Shown here: piece by piece, positions 25,858 to 37,689 of the stretch
Position numbering within the stretch: position 1 is the stretch's first letter
Layout of the letters: every line of letters starts with the position of its first letter
Assembly: GCA_951406725.2 (NCBI GenBank)
Contig: OX597837.1
Location: 18,786,001 to 18,850,000 of the forward strand
DNA: 64,000 bases
Reading direction: 5' to 3'
Source of the DNA: Octopus vulgaris
Taxonomy: Eukaryota
Notes under the pieces: generated by a model
What the model was told of the DNA's origin: nothing
The model's database searches: none
Seen by the model: the letters and a program-made list of their open reading frames with translations, nothing else
Translations under genes and position numbers: made by a program

Positions 25858-26165
25858 TATACGTACATATATATATACATACACACATACACACATGTAT
25901 GAAGTTTAGTTACTGTTTCTTGCAAATTGAATGATTATATAGAGGCTGGTACATTATTTGTCAAACCCCTGAATTCGAATTCTCAGGGCAATTTGGATTC
26001 AGAACATAAGATACTGAAATAAATGTCTCCAGGTATTTTGTCTGATTCTCTAATGCCTTTGCCTTTTGCTTGTATAATATAGGAATCATATCCTGAGATA
26101 TTTAACCGAGTGGTTTCCTTTTACTTTCCTGCTTATTTCAGAGAAGCAAGTAACTTGGTTTTACC

Positions 26166-26486
26166 ATGTCTTTCATCAGAGCTGAGTGTGGTTTGAAGTG
26201 TCAATCGAAACAACATGCTTCCCAGTTAAATGCAGCAATAACAAAAGGAAGTTTTGAAGAAATCAAAGCTTACTTCCAGACATGCCATGTCGCAGGCAAA
26301 CAAAGTGATCTTGACGGCAATTTCCCCCTCCATGTGGCGGCTGGCTGTGGTAAGTTGGATGTTGTCCAGTGGCTTCTGGATGAGAAACATGTGGATGTCA
26401 ATGCCGTGGACAGAGAATCAGGATGGACTGCTTTACACAAGGCTTTGTTCTATGGTCATTTGGCTGTAGCAAGGCTTCTCATTCAG
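26166..26486 (+). CDS. IBTK: IBTK first coding exon (ankyrin repeats); exon starts at 26142 with 5'UTR
   Basis: Acceptor ttatttcag|26142, ACCATG at 26166, ends ATTCAG|gtgagt. Confidence 0.92.
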
Positions 26487-27211
26487 GTGAGTGCAACAAA
26501 ACATTTGTGGGTGTGTGTGTGAGATCATGTGACAGATCAGGCTATCTATGTTGTTACACATCGCTTGCCACAGTGCACTTTTGCATTGTTTTAGCTTTTA
26601 AATGATGCTACCCCACTTGTAGCAATGTGTAATGAAGTATTTTGCTCAAGAATACAACGCATTGCCCAATCAGGGAATTGAACCCATGATCTAGTGATTG
26701 TGAGTGCAACAGCCTAAACACTAGGCCACGTGCCTTCACACACACACACAGTTGAAATTTATAGAAAAACAAAAGATGAAGACAGGTGTCTGAACAACAA
26801 GTAGGTATATTAGTTTGACACTCAGGAAAATAAAAATGTCTTTTATATTTTCAGCCTATGCTCTTCAACAGAAAGGAATACAAGAAAATTTTCTCGTATT
26901 CCTTTCTGTTGAAGAGCATAGGCTTGAAATGAAAAATACTTTTTCATTTTCCTGAATATCCAACTTATTCACCTGCTTGTTGTTCAGACACCTGCCTTTA
27001 TCTTTTGTTTTTCTATAAATTTCAACTCTGTATTATACACTCATGTGGTCAGCCCAGTTTTATCTTGCCTTAACTTCCCACTCTTTGGACTTGCATATCT
27101 TAACCACTTCTCGAACTTTCTGCACCTCTTCTCATCTGCATACCAGCACTACACCTGGATTACCTCTGGATATACTGACTCTACTTTTACAGATTTCACT
27201 GGATTTTTCGT

Positions 27212-27287
<76 letters not shown>

Positions 27288-28301
27288 GTATACATATGTG
27301 TGTAAGGTCCAAGGATTATGGTGTAGGAAGAAAGTGAGCATCAAGCAATCCATTGGAAATATAAAAAAACAACTTTGGGAACAGTAGTGGTTTATTGGTG
27401 TGGAAATTTGTAAATTTTCCGGGTAGGCAAATAAATATCATTGGAGAAAGATTTGCCATTCACTTTCGGGAACACATTCAAAGCATACTAGCATACTACT
27501 ACATATGCTAGGCCAACATATTGCGACCCACTTCAACACCCCAGGCCATTCCATCATTTACTTATCAGTGTGTGGAATCTCTGTACCCCATGGATCCACA
27601 TTTTCAAGGAAACAGAGAAAAGTGTTTCATATCTGAACTTAACACCATGTCACGAACAGATTTAAACGAACATGTTTCCTTCACCTCCTACATTTCCTTT
27701 TAGTTCGTTAATCCCTTCCTTGTCCTCCAGCTTCTCTCTCATCTCATTTTCTTCTCTTCCCCATGTTTCTTGACCTTGACTGCTTCTCCTCCTCATTCCA
27801 TTCCTCTTTTCTTTTGCCCCTCATACCACTTCTTGTTATGTATGAGGTTTGTTCTCTAATCAATGATTTTCATATATGTGTGTATGTGTGTATATATATA
27901 TATTTAATGGAAAAAATTGGGTGTCTTTAATTTGTGAGTTCAACTTTGCCTTTCATCTTTTCAGAGTTGAATACTGGGGCTGAGGTAACTGACTTAATCC
28001 CCTCCTTTGAACTTGCTGGTCTTGGGCCAAATATTTGAAACCATTATTGTTATTATTATTATTATTATTATTAGCATGAAGCAAGCCTCGAGATACAAGA
28101 TCGTGAAGGACTGAGACCTTTCAACTTACAGAGAGAAGATGAATTGACCAAAAAGTTAAAATTTCCTGGAGGTACTTATTAGTTGTTTTATCATAATATG
28201 TACCCTAGTAATAGACATTTCCATAGTAGCATGTTTAGTATCATAAAGATATCATATAACATTTCACCCTATCGAAGACCAAAGCCTTGCAAGTGGATAT
28301 G

Positions 28302-28343
<42 letters not shown>

Positions 28344-28652
28344 ATGCATGCGAGTCGATTTGATATGCATGTTTGATATGTATGTACATGCGTACACACA
28401 CACATATACACTCACAAAACAAAGACCGAAAACCTTGGTTTTCATCTCTGTCAAACTTGCAACACCCTACCTTCTCTATAATTTCTGTATCTTTCTACCC
28501 TGTGTAAGTTTGCTCTGTTAATATATAATTATATATTTATACTTGTTTATTCATCGTCTCAGAATTTTCAGTCTTTGCTTTCTCTCTATTTACATGTATA
28601 CATATTTTGTATATCTGACCCAAGCAGTTTTATTTGTTTATTTGCATCATTA

Positions 28653-28689
<37 letters not shown>

Positions 28690-29860
28690 ACATACACACA
28701 CACATACAATAACAATATATGTGTGTGTGTCTGTGTCTGTATCTTTCTATCTATATGTGTGTGTGTGTATGTATATATATATATGTATGTATGTATGTAT
28801 ATTTACAGATAGACAGACGTATGTATGTATGTATTAATGTATGTATGTATGTATGCATTCAGATATATATGTATGAATATTATATAGATTTGGTCAATTT
28901 GCAGCACCAAATGATGTATATGTGTGGGGAGAGAACCACAACAGTACTCTGGGATTGCCTATAGACAAGGAATGTCCCAAACCTACAATTCTTGATACAT
29001 TCCAACAGCAGCATATCACCGTCAAACAGGTTAGTTTTTTTTTCTGCATTTGTTTATCTTTCTCCCTTTTTTGTACTCTTTTTTCTTCCTCTTTCTTTGT
29101 ATGTATGTATATATATGACGACAGTTTCTTCATGACAGAAGATAAAGAGGAAGAGCAGCATACCTTAAAGTGCAGATGCAAACTGATCCTTGATGCTGCA
29201 GAGCTTTCTTCTCTTCCTCTGCTTTAGTGGTTTTAAAGTGAGAATCAGTCCGTGCAATCTGATCCCTCTCTTTAAACATGGAGATTTGAGACCACAGTAG
29301 CTCAGTGGGCAAAGGTGACTGCAGTGACCAGCAAACTAGGTTTTACGTTGGAGTGGCCTTCTAAGTGAATTGCCTTACAGGGTTGGAGAGTTCCACCTAT
29401 CCCGGAGTTGCTAAAATGGTGTCAAAGAGGGGAGTGGGCCACTTGGGGGACTTCACTCCTTGATTTGCTTTCAAAGTTGACTCCCCTAGCCTTTTCCTTT
29501 CCCAAGGCACTCACGAGGCACTGAAGGTTTCCTTCTATAACACTCTAATTAATCCACATCTGGGACCCTGACAGACACTACTACTCCAGGTCAGAGTTAG
29601 CCTTAGAACAGCTGTTGCTAAGAGGTGATTCCACTCTCTTCAAAAACCTGGAATTATTGAACTAGGTCCCAGTTTTTTTTTCTATATGTGTAGATCTGGC
29701 AGTCTATGAGTCAGAAGTTTGGGTTTGAATGACATAAAGGAAGTTCACTAAGGATTGGTTTCGTTGGAGGAAAAGGCCATTATGTGTTAATGGCCAACTA
29801 CAAATTGCCTCACACACACATATATATACTTGAAGTGTGTAAGAATGACCATTCCTAAAT

Positions 29861-29924
<64 letters not shown>

Positions 29925-30473
29925 CACACACATATATATTTAAGTAGTTGAATGAATTATCCTAGTATGGATAATTCGGTTAACCGATACCCAGGTAGCA
30001 AATTCACGTCAGAAAACATGGTTGAAGCTACATGCCAAGGGCAGAGATCACGTGCTTTCGTGTGGAAATTTGTGTGTTTTTTTTTTAACTATAAATAAAT
30101 GAAAGAATGGAGTCGAACGACGATTTAACAAAATTCCTTTATTCTCGACATATGTTTCGAAGACTGCATATTCCTAATTTCGAAGGAATAAGGGGTGCAT
30201 TATGCCGCCTTCTCATCAGGAAAGACAAGGAACTTATGTCAGCATCATGATGAACAAAAGCTTTTAGATGACTGCCCACACGGAGTCCATAGTGATAATG
30301 GACTCCATGTGGGCAGTCATCTAACAGTTTTTGTTCATCATATGCTGATGAGAAGGCGGCATAATGCACCCCTTATTCCTTCGAAATTAGGAATATGCAG
30401 TCTTCGAAACATATGTCGAGAATAAAGGAATTTTGTTAAATCGTCGTTCGACTCCATTCTTTCATTTATATAC

Positions 30474-30563
<90 letters not shown>

Positions 30564-32389
30564 CTATATGTATGTATATGTGTGTATGTGCATATGTATG
30601 TATCTATATGTATGTATATGTGTGTATGTGCATATGTATGTATATATGCATGTATATATATTTACATACAGCTCATGCTGATAATGAAGATACATACATA
30701 TACCTACATGTACATAATGTTATCATAACCTTATCTTTTCTTACTGAACAGGTGATTCTGTGTACATACCACACTGTATTTGTAAGTCATTGTGGGCGAG
30801 TCTACACTTGTGGCCATGGAGGAGGTGGACGTCTTGGACTTGGGAATGAGAAAACCTACCTCGTAAGTCTCTCTTTCATTCTTCTAACCCTCAAGCATTC
30901 AAACTGGCCATGACTGGTCCAGGTAATCTATCAGCTTTATGTTCAAATGTGGCCTCTCACACCTACTCTAAAAATAAGTAATCCCTTCATTGAAATCCTG
31001 AAGCTATGAGATAATGCAAGATTAATTCAAAAGAATGTGAGTAAATGATCATCATATTTGTCAGAGTAATCTAAAGAATTAAATGGAGATACAGATCCAT
31101 CAATGACACCATGTTTCACAATGGGACACAGCCACCAACTATGCAACACTTGGATGCCCTTCCTGTTGCCAACCCTTACTCATTTTTCAGGAAAGGATTT
31201 TTTTTATTCCACTGAACTGAGCAACTGATTTTACTGTCAACAGGGATTGTAAACATCATGTCAGCATTTTGTCAGGCAGTGAGAAGTACACGTGCATACA
31301 TTCACACACGACAGGTTTACATACAATATCTGTTTACCAGTTCCACTCACAGGTTATTGGTCACCAAAAGGCTATGGTAGGAGAGCATCATACAGTGGCT
31401 AAGAAATCGAACCCATGATTACAAACTCAGCTCTATATCCACACATCCACGCCTGTATCTAAATTACACACACACACATACACATATATATATATATGTA
31501 TGTATATATTTTTTAATCTTTTATCTTGTTTCTACTAAAGCCATGCTGGGGAACTATTTTGAAGAAATTTTAGTCAAATAATCAACCCCAGTACTTTTTT
31601 TAAGCATGGTACTTACCCTATTGATTTCTTTATCCCGAACCACTAAGTTACTGGGACATAAACACACCAACACCAGTTGCCAAGCAGTGGTGGGAGACAA
31701 ACACAGACACAAAGACACACGATGGGCGTTTTTCAGTTTCTGTTTACCAAATCCATTTGAGGATTTGATCAGCCTGGGGCTAGAGTAGAAGACGCCTAAG
31801 ATACCTCACTGTGAGACTGATCCCAGAACCATGGAATTACCTATATGTGTGTGTATGCGTATGTGTGTGAGGGTTCATGGCTTAGTGGTTGGGGTGTTGC
31901 TCTCACCATCACAAGATCGTGATTTCAATTCCTAGACTGGGTGGTGTGTTGTGTTCTTGAACAAAACACTTCATCCCACGTTGCTCTGCAATCACTTTGA
32001 CGCCTGACGCATGGTGCACTGTGCACCCGTTCAGACAATGTTGATTTGATTGCGAGAGTGAGCTCATGTGCGACACAAACATTTGATCACTATAAACAAA
32101 TCATTTGTGCAGGTCGTTTACCAAGCTGAACGCTCATACATTGTCTTCGATGGGAGAATCTATCATGTATATACATATGTATATAATTGAATGTTAATAC
32201 ATATATTGTATGTAGATATATATATATATATTGTGTATGTAGTATGTGTGTATACACTATTTGCTCTTCCTACAGCATTAAGAGTATTTTAACTCTTATT
32301 TTTAGCAATGTAGATGCTGTGGCATCCTAAGTCACACTTAGTGACAATTTAATTTTTCCTTTATAGTATCACATTGTGCTTGGCTGTTT

Positions 32390-32437
<48 letters not shown>

Positions 32438-35400
32438 AGAGAGAGAGACAATTGAGAAAGGGGTAATTACGCACTATGTCATCAATATTTAGTTTGCCCT
32501 TCAAATTCTTGATGAGGGAACCGCATGTCTGATTAAACATGTAAGTGTTAATACTTGTAGTTTTATTGTCTTTTGAACAGTTTAATTAGCTTTAAACATA
32601 GCAAGGTCTATAATGATAGTTTATTACAAGTATTAGTTCCTATTTAATGAAATTTAAGTGTATATTAGTCACTGGTAATTTGATATTATAACTTGTAGTG
32701 GTGATATATTAATGTACTCTTCCTACAGCATTAAGATATCCTTCCTACCACCTTCAAGATATCTTCAACATAAATGTCAGCATCCCAGACATTATAGCAG
32801 CAATAAATAAATTTTACTCAGCAGTGGGCCCTGATAAATTCTCTGCTAGTCTCCTGACAATGCCAACAGCAACCTGCATCTCCCTGGCTGATCTTTGGAG
32901 GAAATTTGCTAGATACAGGCTATAAACCCAAATATTTTCTTACAAATTTGTTGCTCCAGTCTCCAAAAAGGAAAATAAGAGAGTTGCAGTTAGCTGTCAC
33001 CTGATCTCCCTCACATAATTAAAGTAAATGAGATGGTGGTTACATTAGGAATAACTGACTTCCTGGAGACCAAAAATCCCCTAAATTCCAACCAGTATGA
33101 ATCAAGTATTTCCTGATAACCAGAACCTGACATGTTATGATTGTATTCTACTGAAACTCAACAGAAGTCAACAATGGTGTCCCCTAAGGGACTGTGTTGG
33201 GCCCACTACTTTTCATACTATATATGAATGACATTATAAATATCATCAAAAACAGTAAATATTCACAGTTAATTGGAGTAGTCATTGAACTAAAGTTCAG
33301 TCTGATAATGTTGTAAACCAAAGGAGAATAAAAAAAATCTGCTGCTGAACAAAATATGTCAATCAATTGGGAATATATCTATATAGTTTGCATATATTTT
33401 AGAGAGATTATTTAACCCTTTAGTGTTCGCATTATTCTACCAAAATTAATGCTTTTACATCCACTTTGTTTTGAACTAATCATGCATTATCTTGTAACTA
33501 TGAGAATTTGATGAGGTAGCTATTAATTTTTATAACGATATTGTAGGGTTGGTGTGAGAGACCAGATCTGGCCAGTTTGAACATAAAACAGGTAGAATAT
33601 TTTTGGCCGGACATGGCCAGTTTAAATGCTAAAGGGTTAAGTATGTTGAAGTCTTGAAGTTAGCACAAGTTGTAAGTATAGTTCTTTTCTGACATGAAGG
33701 AGCATGGCTCAGTGGTTAGAGCATTAGGCTCATAATCATGAGGTTGTGAGTTTGATTCTTGGACCTGGCTGTGTGGTGTGTTCTTGAGCAAGATACTTCA
33801 TTTCATGTTGCTCCAGTTCTCTCAGCTGTAGAAATGAGTTGCAATATCACTGGTGCCTAAGTGTTTCAGCGTTTGCCTTTCCTTTGGATAACATCAGAGG
33901 TGCAGAGAGGGGAGATCGGTATGCATGGGTGACTGCTGGTCTTCCTTAAACAACCTTGCCCGAACTTGAGCCTCTGAGGGTAACTTTTCTAGGTGCAACC
34001 CCATGGTCATTCATGACTGAAGGAGGTCTTTACCCTTTACCCTCTTTTGTGACAACTGACATAGATGGGCAGACGGGTCATACATTTTGTTTGGAAGATG
34101 AAAATATCTACTCTATGAAGACAGCAGCTGACAATATCACCATCACTTCTACTACGACAGCATGGGTGTAGCCAGGGTTTCAGTTGATGGAGTTTTCAAT
34201 TTTTAAAACGGATCTACCATTTGTCACCTAATTTGCAAAAAACAATAAAATTAAAATAAATGCTTCATAATAATTACATTTGCATGGAGCTTTGAAGTGG
34301 AGGGGAATTTGTCTGAACCTGTCAAACCACCTCATTTGGCTAAGAGGACAGGGTAGGCTGTACTACAGCTTCTGCTTTGGTAAGATTCTCTAAATATTTA
34401 TTAATATTACATTCTTTGTTTTCAGACTCCTCAACTGGTGAATTCTTCAAAGGCAGAGAAATATAGTGCCATTGCAGCTTCTGTCAATCATACGGTGATG
34501 ATAACTGAAAGGTTAGCTCTTTCCACATTTATTTCAGTACTCTCACTTACCACTACCCCCTCCCCCCACACGTGTACCTGTGGGTGTCTATGTTTAAACA
34601 CCTATATAATGATGTACACACATTTTTTCTTTGTTTTTAGTGTGCAGTCAAAATAGCATGGGAACTTCCTAATGGACATTTCACAATTTGTTGATTGTTC
34701 CTCTGAGAAAACAGGCTCATCTCCTTCACCAACCAATAGCATAACTGCTATGTATAGCAGTAGGCAATTAAGCTACTAGTATGGCAGATGGCTCAATTGA
34801 TATATTTGTCAATGCTATTTGTTTGAAAAAGAGATGAGTATATCAACATCTTCTCTGAGGACTGGAAGAATGGTGGCAGCAGAAGGGGGACTCAGCAATA
34901 TTTATATCAAAAAGTTCCCAGACTAGTTCTGTAGGATGCCAACAGATGGCAGCACACAGTTGCATGTGCAGTGAGAGCTAGCAGTGACCTTCATGAGGCT
35001 GTGTACCAAGTAACATCGTTGTGTTTACATCACAAGTTGTGAAATTGGTATTTTTATGATCACATGTATGCTGTAGTTTGCGATTTTGTCTGAAACATCG
35101 AGTCAAAGTCTGTCAAGATCTAGGTCAGTGACCCATCATTATGTCAAGCATCAACACTAGAGACAAAAGTTGGGTCCACAAGTACGACCCTGGGATTTCA
35201 CTTCAAGGAAGTGACCAAAATGTCAATAACTGATATTATTTTGAATGTTTCAGCTGCTAAGGAGAACAACTGTGAACATGATTTAGTCTTAATAGGATAT
35301 ACTTCAATGGAAAGATTTCATTCAAAGAAAGACTTCATTGTACTAAAGAGGGAGAATCATTATGGAACTACAGTACGCTAAATGATGTGGAAATTTGTGT

Positions 35401-37655
35401 TATTGATTTATTTGGAATTGGTAGTGACATTGAGATGCTTACAATATTTACTTTTGTTTCTGTTCACAGAGGCAAAGTACATACCTGTGGTTCAAATGAA
35501 CATTTCCAGCTGGGGCAAAAACCTGTGCCAGCAAATTGCCTTATTCCTACACTTGTTTGTTTGAAAACCTCTCGTGTGATAGGAGCCTGTACAGGCCAGT
35601 ACCACACTGTTGTCTACACCCATGATGCTATCTATGCTGTTGGTTTCAATGGAGGACAGTTAGGTAAGTTTGAAAAGAGGACAATTGACTAAGTTTTGAT
35701 AGGTTGATGGAGAAGTTGACTGTTTTAATAATGGTGGAGCAAAAGGCAGATGTAAGTACAAGCATCCCTCAACTTGAATCAGCAATTGGTTCCAAGACAT
35801 GTGTCTAACCTTAAAAAATAATGTAACACAAAAGTACATTTAAAAGAATTAGCTTATATCTGTTTGAATGAATAATTTGTACATATTTTCATATGTATTT
35901 TACTTGATTTTCCACCTCAGTATTGCATTCTGAGTGTTTTTTTAAGTATATATGCTTTAAGTATTCAGATTACTCTGTTAAATATAGTGTTTGTTTATTT
36001 ATATTGTTTTGAATTAATCATGCATTATCTCATAGCTTTGAGATTTCAATGAAGTGATTGTTTAGTTTTAGAATGTCATTGTTGGATTGAGGTAAGAAGC
36101 TGGATCTGGTCAGCTTCAACATGAAACAGGTTAAATATTTTGGCTGGATATGGCCAGTTAGAATGCTAAAGGGTTAAATATGTTTGCAGAGACTGATTTA
36201 AGGTCGAATAAATTGACTGAAATGGAAGTTTATTTTTTTCTATTAATTTCTTTAAAAAATAACATATGTTTGAAAATGACATGTTGATGTAAGTTGAGGT
36301 ATGCTTGTATTTTGATTTTAATGGGGAACAATTGACTATTTTAATGGGTATTAACTGAGTGACTTTCAATGGCGGGAGAGGCAATTAGTTAATTTCTAAT
36401 GATAAACAATTGATGGGGTGACAATTTGGTAAGTTTTAATGGATGTGGTGAATAATTAAAATAGCTGTGTAGATTTTAATGAGATACAATTTGCCATGTT
36501 TTAACACATTACAACTGGATAAGTTTTGTTATGAAAACAATGGCTAGTTTCAATAAAAAGTAATATTTTGGGTAAATCTTAATGGGGTACAGTTGGGTAT
36601 ATTTTATCAAAAGACATTTAGGCAAGTTTTCTTTTCTGTTATTTTTGTTTTGCTTTCTGTTTTAACTGGAGACACTCTGTGCATTGTATACATGCAATGG
36701 CATAGACAAAATGGTATAGATAGGGTGTAGACACAGTGACACTAAAGCAGATGCAGGAGTATAAATGCACCAGTAAAAATATAAAGGTAAAACTTAAGTA
36801 CAGAGTTGAGCTCAGCACAAAACTAAGTACCAGGTTGTTCCTATGTTATAAGTGAGTGCCAAGTTGTGACCAGTTTATAAGTGAAGACCAAGCTGTGCAT
36901 GCTTAGTGAGTATGTGAGGATCAAGTTGAGCCCATCACCACACAACTATGTCCAGTAAATGACCATTTCTGTTCAGTGTCAGGTGAACAGGTAAAACATT
37001 ATTTGGTGTAGTATGTTATCACTCTGCTTTCTTCAATTCTGTGTTGTCTTATCTTTGAGGTCTTTAAAACCTTCAGACCACATTGTGTCTTCCTAGTTTA
37101 CTGTTTTTGTGTCTGGCCTGGAAAAACATTGATTCTGCATCCTCTTGACCAAGAGGCTCAGCAAAATTTTCATTGTTTTTGTGATGAGTTATCAAGAATC
37201 ATCAGTATAGCCTATGACCACCTCTAAGTTCTATGTCCTCTTGTCTTGGAGGTCCAGCAAAATAGCAAATCTCATTGTGTCTCCTCTGAGTGCTACATAT
37301 ATATTTTTTTCTTTTGTCGTATTGAGTCAACAGGAAGCACTATTGGTACAACATACCAAGACCCCGTTCTCCATCAGTTCTATGTCTACTCTTCTCATTT
37401 TTGAGGCCTGACAAAACACACCAAATCTAATTGCATTTTCCAATTTTTTTCCATGACAGGTCCACTGAAAGGAGAACATTATCAGAAGCAACTCTATCTA
37501 CTACTTGATCTAGTAAAACTTGACCAAACAGTCAAGTGTGTTGAAAGTTCTGATGCTGCAACTGTCTGCCTCTCTAAAAATGGGCATGTTTATGTTTTCC
37601 ATGAATTCCTGTCTCGGAAAATCACATCAGAGTAAGTGATTATACATCACTTTGA

Positions 37656-37689
<34 letters not shown>

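Noticed and set aside
30139-30425. Near-identical 76-aa ORFs on both strands
   Set aside because: A by-product of the DNA palindrome; no coding signal.
32505-32546. Hammerhead-like TTGATGA...TAAACATGTA AG
   Set aside because: Both core halves are mutated and stem II is unconvincing; at best a dead relic.
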